Assembly (NCBI RefSeq): GCF_009914755.1
Contig: NC_060942.1
Reading direction: 5' to 3' (one strand)
From: the human T2T-CHM13v2.0 reference genome, Homo sapiens
Length of the DNA: 64,000 nt
Shown: positions 40,663-55,289 of the stretch, one piece after another
How positions within the stretch are numbered: position 1 is the stretch's first letter
Layout: every line of letters begins with the position of its first letter
The notes under the pieces: model-generated
Seen by the model: only the letters and a program-made list of their open reading frames with translations
Databases searched by the model: none
What the model was told of the DNA's origin: nothing
Program-made: the position numbers and the translations under genes

Positions 40663-43600
40663 CTGAAATGCAATAAACTTGAGATGACTAGGTATGCAAA
40701 CAAACAAAAGTAGTTAGGGTTTTCATTCTGGTTTCTATAAATATCCCCAATAACTCTCTTGCTAGTTTCCAATCTAAAATTTTCAAAATCATGGTTTTTT
40801 TGTTGTTGTTGTTGTTTGCTGGTGGAATTAGTTTTTCTCTTTACTATTTTAATTTTAAAATCAGTATCATTTCCCTGAATTTGTTTATTAAATGCTCTAA
40901 TTTCTATGAGGGTTAACTTAAATGAAACCTGGGCTTATTTTTTTCTTACATAGTTGACAAAAAAATGGCCAAGGTTAGATCCCTGTTGCCTCAATAGATG
41001 AATTTATCATTTTAGTTCCTATTTTTCCACCTTACTTATCAAGTCCATAAATATATCATTAAAGACATGTTAATGCCATAATGGAATCCAGATACAATAT
41101 TGTTATATCTTTCATTAATTGATTAGTCTTATTTTAAAAATGGATTTTTGGATTTACTTGTTTTTAGTGAAATATATAGCTCCCAGTGATCAGTTCTTCT
41201 TGTCAAAGTTTATTCACGTCAACTGTTAAGAATTCATTAGAAAATGTTAATGAAGATAAGGATTAAACTCAGTAGTCCCTAGTTTCTGAAATTTGCATTT
41301 TTTCCTACCCCCGTCCTCCCCCAACTTTTATTTTTTGGAAAGAAAATGTTTTCTTATATTGTTCTGGTATGTATCTCTCCCCTTCTCCATTATTTTTCAA
41401 AGACTGTTGACATTGGTTTTGTGATCATACCTCTAAAGCACTTTAAGCATCCAGAGATGTAATTTGTTTGAGCCTGGAGATTTGAATGCAGTCAACATGT
41501 TTAGGTGCAATCATTGCTCCAAGCTTACTTAATGCTATTTATTCTGTCTATTCAAGGTTGATGATCATGATCCTGTAGTGAGCACATAAGTAAAGTAGGA
41601 GTTAAGCAGTGTTGCTTTCCTTAGAGTCTTTTACCCAGAATAACATTTAACCTATTAACAACCCTATGGCAGGGGAATGAACACGCAATGGAAGCTGGAG
41701 ATAGACATCTGGGAGGCCTCTGTAGGGTAAGTGCTTGCTCGCTGAATATCAGGCCTCTTTTATCCTAAAGGAGATCTCAGGGGCTTCAGCTCTTTCTTGT
41801 TCGCCTAACTATAAACATAAGTCATTGTAGTGTTGCCCTGTAGTAAATTCCACACACTGATAGGAACCTGTTTGGGCTTTAGCTTATCTTTTTCTGCATT
41901 TGTTTTGATTTCACTATAGATTGTTAGCTACTTGAAAACACTCACTCTTTCTTAGACCACTTTTTGTCACCCTAGTTCATAGCAACCCGTATTTGGCACT
42001 GATGATGGACATGCCTGTCATATTTTGATTAAATTATTTCTTAATGAAAATTCTAATAATTATTTTAAAAGCTTGGACATTGGAGCTTTTTGGCCTAAAA
42101 AAACTCTTTATATAGAAGCGTATCTTTGGTTATTAACCTTTCCCTCCATTTTCCCTAATACACACAAATTCCTGTAAATGTCTTGCAAATTCTGCTTGGC
42201 CAAACACCATCTTAAGAGTTCAAGTGGAAGTTTAGGATCACATTTCTATTATATCTTTGGAAACTTGGGCAGTCTGGATTTGGATGCTGCAATTAATCTG
42301 ATGAACATTTGATTTTTAGAAAGGTTTACTATATACTTCAGATTCAATGGTAAAACTGGAGCTCAAAGAGAGATAAGAGATCAGAGAATCACAGTGGAAA
42401 GAAAAAAAAATTACACACACACAAAACCAAACCTCAGAGGAGAGGCTTAGCCTGGTGTGTCATCACATTTGTCTTGCAGAAATGAATGGTTTAATAGATC
42501 CTAGAACTCGGGTCAGCAGGATCCACCTGCTGATGGAGCTCTGGCTGTTCTAGGGTGGGCCAGAGTGGGTGAGACACCTGCTCATTTAAGTTCCAAAGGT
42601 TTCCTGAGTCATATTACAAACACATTCCTGAAGAATTGCATTGAGCTGCTTTTAAAGCAGTTTATATCACTGCAGTAATGGGTAAACTAGCTATTTTGAC
42701 ACATTGTAAAAGAATGTTTTTGAAAAGAGAAACACTAGTGGTGAAAACAGAAAAATGATTGAGGGACGTTGCATTGTAGCTGCACTCAGTGTTGATGTAG
42801 GTGTTTAAACAGCCAGTTCCCAACTCACTATTTAAATACCTATATTCTGAATTAGTTATTCACCAGGGAGAGATGTTGAAGAGAAGCAAAAATGATACAA
42901 TTAAGTTACAAATATAGGAGATACAGTCCAAAATATCCCAACTGTCCTCTTTTTCTTCTTTAACGAGTGTCATTATATTTTGATGTGTTTAATAATACGG
43001 CAGAGGTTAAATGAAACATGAAAAAGGGATGTACATTAAAATTGAGATAACTCTTCCTTCAGTGAAGTGGAACCCAGCAGATGTAGCAGCACACTGTAAT
43101 TGCTGCCTGTTTCCTGTCAGTCTGATTAAGTTGCATTGTCCCAGCTCCAAGTGTAAGAATCAGTGGCTTCCCATAGGGCACAGCATGGGATGACGGGCTG
43201 AGACAGAGGCATAACTACATGCACTCCTGCTTCTCCTGGTAATAGTGTAGACATACAATATACATTGATGACATATAAAGTCAATAGGCTGTGTAGTGCA
43301 TTAGGAGCACACGATAATCTATCTTCTTGGAGTTCCATCCCAGGAAAGCCAAATCCACAATAACACCCTGAAATCTAAGGCTCAGTGGACTAACCTACTA
43401 GGTCCAGAGTCAGTGACTTGAACATTCATTTTTTTAAAGAAACACATAGATTTAAATGTAATCTAAATTTGGCCAGAGCTGAAGCCTGCCTATTGCTTTT
43501 CATTCCCCCGCTCCGCCCCACACACTAACTGTGTACTGTGTTTTCTAAACCAGCCAGTCAATCGACAAGTATTTATTGGGCACAAAAAGAAGTCCAACAT

Positions 43601-44139
43601 TGTGCTCGGATTTGTAGGGGATAGATACCAGACAGTTTATGATCCACTTGGGAAGACAACACTAACGTAACATGAAACAGTTAGAGCGCTATTAAGAGAT
43701 ACACTGTGTGAGCCAGAGTTCAGGGAAGGGACAGCTTGGTGTAGCCTGGAGTCCTGTGAAAGGGGCTTCTTGTGGGTGGAGCTTGAACTAGGCCTTGAAG
43801 AATAGCCAGAGTTTACATAAGGGATGGGGGAGAGGGAAGCTCTCCCCTAAGCTGTGAAATCATGATGACTAAAACTGTCCAGGTTGAAAAAAGCTTGGGA
43901 GACCTTAAAGAAGTAGGTCTAACTGTAGTGGCTGATATACGAATAAAGTTAAATAAGGATTTATTGTGAGAAATTCCAATAAAGGTACCACCCTGCAGTG
44001 ATCTTTCACCTTGTAGAAAAAGAAATACAATAATGATAGCTATCAGTAGAAGCTCTCCATTGATTTAGTCTCACTGACAAAGTCTCTGAGGAGGAAGGCA
44101 AAGTGCATTTTTGTATTTAATTTAAGAAAAGGCATTGGT

Positions 44140-44450
44140 GGCCAGGCACTGTTCACGCCTGTAATCCCAGCACTTTGGGAGGCCGAGGCAGGCGGATCAT
44201 GAGGTCAGGAGTTCGAGACCAGCCTGACCAACATGGTGAAACCACATCTTTACTAAAAATACAAAAATTAGCCGGGCGTGGTGGCATGCGCCTGTAATCT
44301 CAGCTGCTCAGGAGGCTGAGGCAGGAGAATCACTTGAACACAGGAGGTGCAGATTGCAGTGAGCCGAGATCATGCCATTGCACTCCAGCCTGGGTGACAG
44401 AGTGAGACTCTGTCTCAAAAAAATAAAAATAAACAAATAAATAAATAAAA
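44140..44450 (+). mobile_element. AluSg-like
   Basis: Full Alu. TSD aaaaggcattggt. Confidence 0.95.
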
Positions 44451-45482
44451 GGCATTGGTGGCAATGCAAGGGGTTGAAAAGTAGGAAGAAAGTAATCATT
44501 TGATTTGGATATTTGGTTCATATGAACTGATCTATTTTTTTTTCTGATTGTGTTAGAGAGATGTGTTGATCTCATGTACATAGAGCCAACACTGACATAC
44601 AGCGAGTAAATCAAAATATGCTATCTCACGTGACTGTAAACACTTTGGACTCCTCACCTAAAAGAGGATATAAGGATATTTAGTTCTCAAACCTGCCGTC
44701 AGTGTGCTTCCTTAGTAAGGCTGGGAGAGGAGGTAAAAACTATATGTAAATGATTCTAATACCATCTAGATAGGACTAAGAGGACAGTGACTAAGGAAAT
44801 TCAGAGGAGAGAGATGACTTCCAGCTACCAGCAATCAGTGCATACAATTTCTTGTCTGCATGTTTAAGTTTGACTTCGAGCTCACGTCTTTAGACAGTAT
44901 GCTTTAGTTGGGGGCCCTGCAATCAATTCCTGGATGTCAATGGAGATTCGACTTACTAACTTGAAATCTAATGAGAAAATTTTAGGTCTTGGATAAAGAA
45001 AAAAAAAATCAGCCATTCAATTGATTATTAAGGCTGTGTAATACCTTGAAATAACTTTGAAATAATCGTGGTCCTTTAGATGTCTAGAAAAGAAATACTT
45101 CCTTTGACTTGTTGTAGACGCGAAGTGACTGAATTGAAATTGAATTAAGTAGAGTCATGTGTATAGAAGCTCAGATGGAAGGGGGCCAGGCTGATTTAGA
45201 TATGCTTAATGCTGACAACCAGTTTCCCTGAGTCTCACTGTTTTTCCAGCTCATCCTCCTCCAGTGTGACTGGAGGAATTCCAGGGACTCTTCATTAATT
45301 TCCAACTTTGCACTCTCAAGAGAGTTCACCTGTGCTTGCGAATGCAATGCCACTGGCTTCCATGTGGCACCAGCATTTCTCCTTGTGCTTAGCGCTTGGC
45401 ACTGACCTTGTGGTCCTCTTTCTTCAGCATGCTGCTCGTAAGTGGCTTGATCTGATGGCCATGGTCAGCTGACAGGATCAGA

Positions 45483-45677
45483 GTATTAGTCCGTTCTCAC
45501 GCTGCTTATAAAAACATCCCCAGGACTGGGTAATTTATAAAGGAAAGAGGTTTAATTGACTCACAGTTAGGTTAGGCATGGCTGGGGAAGCCTCAGGAAA
45601 CTTACAATCATGACAGAAGGGGAAGCAAACATGTCCTTCTTCCCATGGTGGCAGAAGAGAGAAGTGCCGAGCAAAAG
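45483..45677 (-). mobile_element. Truncated THE1 LTR
   Basis: gtattagtccgttctcacgctgc..gactgggtaatttataaaggaaagaggtttaattgactcacag, ends abruptly. Confidence 0.85.
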
Positions 45678-46394
45678 GACCAACATGATGTGACTTTACT
45701 CTTTCTTTAGTGGAATGTACCTTTCTAAGTTATACTAGGTCCTTCTTAAATAGATGCATGACAGAACAAAAGACTCTACTGTCCATATAAATCATACCTG
45801 CTGTTTTTAAAATCATGCTGTCTTCTTACATGAAGTAAGGCTAACATTTATTAGGAGAGTCTAGGTATCTGAAACTTCACTTGCTTAAGAGAAAAACACA
45901 AAAGCATAATAAAAAGCGATGATGCTTTGTGTATGTAGCAGTGTTGACACTTTTTGCATTATCTATGAAGCATGTTGAGCATTATTTTATTCTTTTGGAT
46001 AATTCAGTATCATTGATGTAACTACCTTATGACTCCATTCTCACCACTGAAAAAGTGTGGGTGATGTGAAAGTGTTGGAAATCTGGGGGAAAAGATGACA
46101 ACATGCTGGGACCATAATCATGAAGAGCCTTGGTATCTTAGACTTTAGGAAAATAAATGTTAAAAAGTGAAAGAAACAATAAATACTATGCCTTGGCCAA
46201 AGTTTCTAAAAGAGGGATTATTAACAGGCAAGTGGATCTTAAAAGGGAAATCCTGATGATAAGTAAAAATTGCTTTAAATGAAAAGTTGAGAGCCTTTAA
46301 AGACAGAAAGTGAGGTCATTTTGAGATCAGCTGGAGTCATGAAGACCTGGATGAAGTTCTCGCTTTCTCTTCTACTCCTGAGGTTACCGTAGTG

Positions 46395-46616
46395 CAGGGT
46401 TTCTCAGGCATGGTCCTAGTGACATTTGGGCCAGATAATTCTTTGTTGTGGGTGGCTTTCCTATGCATTATAGGATTAGCAACATCATTGGCGTCTATCC
46501 ACTACAGGCCAGAAGCACCCCACTCCCCAGTTACAATAAACAAAAACATCTCCGAACATTGCCAAATGTCTTTTAAGAGGTGGGGGACAAAAACCACCTG
46601 GTTGAGAATCACCACT
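46395..46616 (-). mobile_element. MER20
   Basis: cagggtttctca..gacatttgggccagataattctttgttgtggg..acattgccaaatgtc..gttgagaatcacc. Confidence 0.85.
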
Positions 46617-47024
46617 TTATGCAAATTACTAAAAAAAATGTATTTTTAAATACAGAACTATTCTTCAGCAATCGTGCTTAAAACTAGAGCAAACATTATA
46701 GCTAGGGAACTAAAACTAATAATTGGGAAAAGGGTGAATCGATCACATTAAATTATTTCATGTTTCTTACAAATTGAAGATTTTTACATAAAATCTCCAT
46801 ATCAGCTGGTAATCTTTGTAAAATGATAGAGAGTTTTGCAAGCTATGGCATGGTGGGATTGATAAAGATTCATGGCAAAATTACATAGCGCATCATTACA
46901 GAGGTGACTTAATTTAGAAAAGAAAGTATAATTGTAGGAGCTAAGATGGGTTTACAAGAATTAAGCAAGACAAACAACCTAGTTGTTTTTTCTTTTATTT
47001 TGCATAGATTATTAATTTGAGAAG

Positions 47025-47686
47025 TACTCAGACACCAAATGGGTGTACTGCAATACAATTCTGTTGTTAACCACCTGGAGTTAGTGTCAGACTCACAAGT
47101 AAAGGGTTCAATCCTTCACAAGATTATTCTCACTTCAGATGCCAGTTCTAAATGGTGTCTCCTGGGCCACCCATGCTTCTGATAAACTGGCTACTAATCC
47201 AGGAGGTCACCATGATGCCATTCGGGGATCAATAGAACAACTCACAAAACTCAGGAAAGCACTATACCTATGGTTAGTTTTATTATAAAAGATACACCCA
47301 GGGCAAAGTCTGGGAGGGACCACAGAGCTTCCATGCCCTCTCCATGGAGTAGGCCTATCACTCACCTGGTATATCAATGTGTTTACTGACCAGGAGCCTC
47401 CACTGGGCTTTGGTTTTTATTGGGGTTTCATTAGATAGGCATGATTAATTAAATCATGGGCCATGTGACTGAACTCAATCTCCAGTCCCCCTCCCTTCCC
47501 TGGAGGTCAGGCAAGTCAAAAATCGCAATTCTCTAATCATGTGACCAGCCACCATCCGGAAGCTATCTAGGGTCTCACCATGAGTCACCTCATTAGCGTA
47601 ACAGAGCTATTCCTGTCATTCAGGAAATTCCAAGGGTTTCGAAGCTCCCTGTCAAGAACCTGGGATGAAGACCAGATATTATAACA
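47025..47686 (-). mobile_element. MER21-family LTR
   Basis: tcagacaccaa.tgggtgt..caattct..acctggagttagtgtcagac..caggaaattccaagggttt. Confidence 0.75.
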
Positions 47687-48689
47687 CCGGTAGATTTAAG
47701 GAGAATTTTAAAAATCTAGGCTCTCTTTACTTTAGTAAGGTAGTTGATAGAGTGTTTCTACCTTGGTGGAAAATACATAAAATATTGACTACATAAGAGG
47801 ATGGTCAGTGAAATTTATAGTTAGTGAATCATTATATCCAAAGGTTTTTAATTAATGGATTAACCTGGAGGAATAAAAATTAAGTTGGGCCAAAGAAAGC
47901 ATGCCTGTCAAATTTTCAAATGATATAAGACTATGAGGTATAGCTAACATTTTGGCAAACCAAATAAAAATTCAAAAGCATTTCACACTTAAAAAGAAGT
48001 GCGAAGACAGATATCTTCATAGTCACCAAAGATTCAGTCTTCATCTCTCTTTCTTCTCCACCATCTTTCTTTTCATTCTCAAAATTACTTCATCATCCAA
48101 AATAACTACTGGAGCTTCAACCATAACATTTACATTCTAGGAAGGAGGAAGAAAGAAGGAAAAGGGAGAAATGGGTATACCTCCCACCTGCTTTAGTTCC
48201 CATTAAAAAGCCTTTCCTGAAGTACCCACAAACTTTCCATTGTAACTTATGGCCTTGAACTTAGTCACTTAGCTGTAAGAGAGGTTAGGCAATACAATTT
48301 TTTTTTTGACTGAGCACAAGGCTGTTCTCCCTCCAAAAACAAACAAACAAACACACACACACATAATCTTAAAATGGTTGAAAAGGGATAAAAACTAACA
48401 AAGTGAAATTCAGAAAATAAATGAAGATAAATAAATCATCATGATTTTATACTGAAATGAGTTAAAAATTTAACAAGCACAATTTTAGTGTAAATGCAAA
48501 CATTTTCTAAATATAGTACTAGCAAATTAATATAGTAATGTAAAGGAATTGTAATCATCAGAGTAGGAATTATTTTAAAAATGCAAAAGTGGTTTAATAT
48601 CTAATTCCAATTTGTCACTTCTGTGCTCAAAATTCAGCTACATTGGGTCCTCTCTTGACATAGGCAATTTTTTTTGTTCTCATTCTTCA

Positions 48690-49620
<931 letters not shown>

Positions 49621-49800
49621 ATGTTTTTCTCTAGGGAATCTTTAAAAATTTTAGTTTTAAAATTTATTCCATCTTTTTCTCTTTTTCTTTGTGGCAACTA
49701 GTTTTAGAATCATGCTACAGAAAGGCTTCACTACAATCAGAGTAGAATACGTGTTTAAATGGTTACTTCCAGTATTCTTTCCTCTTTAAAAAAAAATTTA

Positions 49801-50105
<305 letters not shown>

Positions 50106-50229
50106 ATTAAATGCTTAATCCATTTGAGTTCTGCCTTTTTGAATGGTATGAGATGGCTTTCCCCCATAAATATTTCGGTATTTTCCTAATGCTTACTGAA
50201 AATTCCATCTTTGTAATATATTAAAGTCA

Positions 50230-51480
50230 CATTTATATCTAGAAGTAAATTTTAGCATAAATGTTTAGGACCTATATGAAGAAAATTATAAAACTTAAGA
50301 CCAATTAGTACAACTTGAATAAATGGAGAGTCATTCCATATTTTGACACTGGAAGGATCAATATTACGTGAGCTTCCATTCTTCCCAATTCATGTATAGA
50401 TTAAATGCCACTCCAAGAAAAGCCCAGTAGAATATTTTTGGAACATAACAAAATGATTTGAAATTTCATCTGAAATAGTTAACCAAACCAAGGAGAATAG
50501 GAAAAGAAAGAATTATGAAGGGAAGTTAATTTTATGGCATAGAAAAATATAAAGGTAGAATAAATAAAATATAGCAAGGTGATCTGTGCAGAAGGAGACA
50601 GGCATATGGACAGAATAAAAAGCCAAGAAATATAGTGGTTTCTGGGGGCTACAGGTTGGAGAGATGTTGGTTTTTTTTAATTAAAAGGAGAAAAGAAAAG
50701 AGAAGCCAAGAAATAGATTCTAGTATTAGTAATTGGTAAAAGAGCATTTCAAAACAGGAAATGCATAAAAATAAAAATTATTTTTTTTTTTAAAATGAGG
50801 GGCCTGAAATATTGTGATCCAGTTACTTCAGTAAAAATGTAGTTAGATTTTTACACCATACACATGGATAGCTTAGAGAGCTAAATATAAAACAATACAA
50901 AACCAACAATAAGTTAGAAAAAATCTGTAGGTGAGTGTGTATGTGGTATTATCAAAGATATGGCCTTTCTAAACTTTCAGATAAAGAAAAAAATCATGAA
51001 AGAAAATTTCCCTATATTGCATTATATAAACTGTAAAACTTTCATACATCAAAATACCTTATACCAAAAATACAAAGCAGATTACCAGCTGTGAATGATA
51101 TTATTAATATTATAAAGATTAATAATTAATAATACCCAATCAACAGAAAAATGGGCAAAAGAAGTGGCAGGAAAAATATAAAAAATATATAAAAAAGAAA
51201 GATAAATGACCAATAAAGACAAAAATGTCTTCCTCACTACTAATCAAAGAAATTCAGCTTAATGCAATAGGGGTAATTTTTATCCCCCAATTTTGCAAAG
51301 ACTAAGACATAATAATGGACATTTTTTTGCAAAGATGAGATAAAAAACAAACAGGTATTCTGCCAGTGGGCTATAAATTGTTTCTGGCTTCCTAGAGGGC
51401 AATTTGGCATATACTTCAAAAGCTTTAAATATTTTTTTCCATTTCTACTCAGTAGTTCTACTTTTAGCAAATTATTTTAA
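50230..51480 (+). mobile_element. Old L1 ORF2 3' fragments
   Basis: aggacctatatgaagaaaattataaaac..ttgaataaatggagag..ggaagga.tcaatatt..tatagattaaatgc. Confidence 0.7.
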
Positions 51481-51499
51481 AGAAATAAATGTATGTTTA

Positions 51500-51500
<1 letters not shown>

Positions 51501-51537
<37 letters not shown>

Positions 51538-51538
51538 A
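51501..51538. repeat. (TATC)n tetranucleotide STR
   Basis: About 9 perfect units. Confidence 0.95.
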
Positions 51539-51638
51539 TAAATGGCTCACTATAGTATTGTTTTTAAAATTTATTACGAGCTATTTAATACATACAAAAA
51601 GCACGAAGATTAATGCAGTGAACATCCATGTACCCAAC

Positions 51639-52008
51639 TGATATAGTTTGGCTGTGTCCCCACTCAAAATCTCATCTTGAATTGTAATACTCCCCATGTG
51701 TCAAGGGCAGGACTAGGTGGAGATAATTGAAACATGGGGTGGTTTCCCCCATACTGTTCTTATGATAGTAAGTGAGTTCTCACAAGATCTGATGGTTTTA
51801 TAAGGGGCTTCTCCCTTTGTGCAGGCTCTCATTCTTCTTTCTGACACCATGTGAAGAAGGACATGTTGGCTTCCCCTTCTGCCATGATTGTAAGTTTCCT
51901 GAGGCCTCCCCAGCCATGCTGAACTATGAGTCAATTTAACCTCTTTCCTTTGTAAATTACCCAATCTTGGGTTTGTCTTTATTAGAGGCATGAGAATGAA
52001 CTAATACA
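51639..52008 (+). mobile_element. THE1C/D solo LTR
   Basis: TG...CA termini. 5-bp TSD ccaac at 51634-51638 and 52009-52013. Confidence 0.94.
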
Positions 52009-52959
52009 CCAACATCCAGAGAAAATATAAATCATTATTGATAGAGATATACCCTTTATTCATCTTTCCCCCAATGTCTTTACTTCTTTACCTCCAGAGA
52101 TGAATGTGGTGTTCATGATGTGGCATTATTTATTACAAACTTCCTATATGTCCAAGCTTGAGGAAATTAATTAAATAAATTATGGTACCTTTAAGTGGTG
52201 AAATATCATTTATTTAATGAATTAAATATTTTTATTACAATTATAATACATATACATTATTAGACATTTAGAAAAGTAGAGTCTCGAAACAAAACTAAAA
52301 AATCACTCATGATTCCTTCAACCAGATGTAACCATTTTAGCTTTTGTGCCATCTAATCTTTCTTAATAGATATAATTACATATTATTTAAAAAGTAAATG
52401 CTGTATATACAGTTTTATAATTTTCTTTTTCTCTTAATTCATTGATACAACTTTTTTATGTTATAAAATATTATTTTAAAAACAATTTAGCGGCTGCATT
52501 GTACTTCATTGTTTAGGTAAGTATTTACTCTTGATATTTTTGTATTATGTCAGTTATTTATTATTATAAATGAAACTGCTATAAACTTCTTTGTAGCTAA
52601 ATATTTGCAATGATAACTATTTATTAGGTAAATTTCTAGAAGTGGAATATTTTGGTTTAAAATTCTAACCAAAAGCATCATTCTTTGCAGAATATTTAAT
52701 GGCATGATATATTGCTACATGAAAAAAATTGACTACTAAACAATATATGTAGCATATTTGCAAATGTTAAAAGATGTATGCAAAGCGATGGGGGTGAACT
52801 ATTTTTATTTGCATCTTTATGCTTTTCTGAACTGTCCAGTTTTTCTACAGCAAGCATACATTACCTTATTGATCAGAAACAAAATAATAGTTTTTAAAAT
52901 AATTGAATAAATATTGAATAAACCTAACAAATACCAGGGTCCCCGGAATAGTAGCTTTA

Positions 52960-53190
52960 CAATTGTCCTTGTGAGAAAGACCTGAAGGTCTTAGTGAGCC
53001 ACAAGCTCAAAGTCAGCAAGGTATTGAAGCTGTTTAAGAATAAAATGCCCAGATTACATTGTTAAGAACAAAATGAAATAAGAGTACTTCCACAGCCTAA
53101 GTCTGTGGGACTATAAATACCACAGTGTATTCTGTAGAGATGATATAGTGTGTTCACATAAGTAGGACCAAGTTGCTTAAGGGGATCAGA
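52960..53190 (+). mobile_element. L3/CR1 ORF2 C-terminal fragment
   Basis: From 52973: EKDLKVLVSHKLKVSK, matching the CR1 motif EKDLGVLVDHKLNMSQQ. Confidence 0.7.
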
Positions 53191-54499
53191 AGCTGGTATA
53201 AATTACTGGGCCCAGCCATCCAGAAAAGCAACAGGAATTGATTATATTGCATGTCAACAAAAATCTACCATTACTGGGGATGCATGAAAATAATTTTTTC
53301 ATTAGGCTTCTAACCCCCTTCTTGGCAGCTTTCTCTTTTGAGAGTGGAAGTAACTAATAGTCTGAGTCTCTGTGTTGAAGGAGGAATGACAAACTCAAGC
53401 TGAATCAAGGCTATCATTTCACTCCATAGGAATACAATCTGGGGGATGGGAAATTCAGACTTTCAAGAGGATGGTTAGGGAAAGGTAAGTGACAGCACCA
53501 TGATTGCAGTTGATGTGCTGTTTCAGAACAGGCATTGGGAGAGAACTCAGTCCCCAGCAAGAACAGGTTAACCTTTCAGGGAATGGCGGGAATCTAGTAC
53601 TGTAGTCACGCTTGAACACAGCAAGGTTTACACTGCACAAAAATAAATGTCTATACCTAGGGCCCATACTAGTGTCATTGTGATAATCAAGATGACCAAG
53701 AAATGTAAAATATCTGTATTGTTTTTTACTAAACTCAGTTTTTATTTTGAGTTACCATTCTGCCAAGTGCCAGAAAACCTAATCTGGTTAATCTCTGCTA
53801 ATTGGATGACGTCAACATTTTCCTCCTCATTTTCGGTCAATTCATAGACACTTTGGGGCCCCATTTCTCTCCCATGCTCTGTGGCAAGGACCTGCTTGGT
53901 TCTGTACACTCCTTCTCCCCGGGATAGAGTCTGGCTCTGGTAGCAGTCTCATGGTTGTTGTTCGTTTTCCAGGCTCTGGAGTCACAATTGACCCCTGAAT
54001 TCCTCACCCTTTGTTCCTCCTAATGATGGATTCTTCTGCTCCACTTGTCCATCCAATGTTGGACCCTTGGGAATTCCCAGATGTCAGATCCCAGCAGAGT
54101 CCCGATCCTCTCACCCCATCTACAATGGGTGGGCACCAGTGAATCAACAAGTCTTCCTTAACAGGAACAATTGGTCTATTGCTGTCTTATTCTTATATTA
54201 GCATATTATATATAGAATAGTATTGTTCTAATATAAGAATATAATATATAGAATATTATTTTTATAATAGAACAATATTGACATTCTATAGTATACTGGG
54301 CAAAACCACAAAATCTGATTTCCTCCTTTGATTTCAAAAGTTCAGTAACCTAATTGCATAAAGATTCGATAGAAATATAATTTCTTTATTAATCTTTCTT
54401 GAAGTGATTTAAATTATTTCAAAGCAAAAGGAAAGATAGAATGTAAAATTGGGACATCCTTCTGGTATTGTTATCATGAAAAAGAAAATTCAGAAATAT

Positions 54500-54800
54500 A
54501 TGCAAAATAAAGCCACCTGAAAAGTGTAGCAAATAATCCAATTCTTTAAGGAGCAGACAAACTATGAGAACAGATGGACAAACCAAAGACTTACAATGTC
54601 TATCAACTAATAAGCAGACCAAATTACCGGCAGATGCAATTTGTGTCATATTAGGAAAGGATGAGTTGACCGGGAATGTATCCCAAAGAACAGTAACAAT
54701 TATTGTAATGAAAGAGAAATGATGTGACATCAATAATAGAAAATTGGTACTACCACTTAATGTGAATTTCACTGAGCTCAGTAGCATTTTTTGACAATAT
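54500..54800 (+). mobile_element. Ancient non-LTR retrotransposon RT N-terminal relic
   Basis: KIKPPEKCSK*SNSLRSRQTMRTDGQTKDL...VTIIVMKEK*CDINNKKI / LNVNFTELSSIF parallels ITxEEVxxAIxxLKxxKAPGPDGxTxE...IxxIxKKGDxxDxxNYRPI / LLNVDYKILSKIL. Confidence 0.5.
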
Positions 54801-55289
54801 GAGAAAGACACACACAGAAAGAGAGAAATAGGGAGATTATCTATCTATTTATCTGTCTATCTATCATCTATCTGTCTGTCTGTTTAGAGTCTCTCTCTCT
54901 CTCTCACCTATTGAGATACTAAAACAGAACCTGTCCATAGGGGTGGCTTAACTAGTGTTTGTTGAATGAACACAATGAAACTAATGTAAACTCCACGTGC
55001 TCCAAATGAAACTTACAGGAGAGTCCCCCTTTAAACATGTTAAGTTAATTTAAACATATCCTTCTTTGAAAGGAAACCACTTTTGTTGCATGCAGGAACT
55101 TCTTAGGTCCCATTTGCAATTTTGGTCCTCACCTGGGATGTGCTTGCTGGCCCAATCTGATGCTTATGACTGGTTCCGATTAGTTGATCCTCATATATTG
55201 CTCTGGCTGTTAATAACTGTACTGTGAAGAGCATCCCTGCATCTTTATCAACCAAAAGAGGTCTCTGATGTGGAGGCACAGTAAATCAG

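Larger units (their letters stand above)
46020..47900 (+). mobile_element. L3/CR1 ORF2 relic with nested MER20 and MER21
   Basis: Degenerate CR1 motifs DSILTTE (like DLILTN), LDFRK, PWPKFLK, gggtttacaagaattaag..aacaacctagtt (like GFTKxKSCxTNL) and tttagtaagg (like FSKAFD). Confidence 0.65.
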
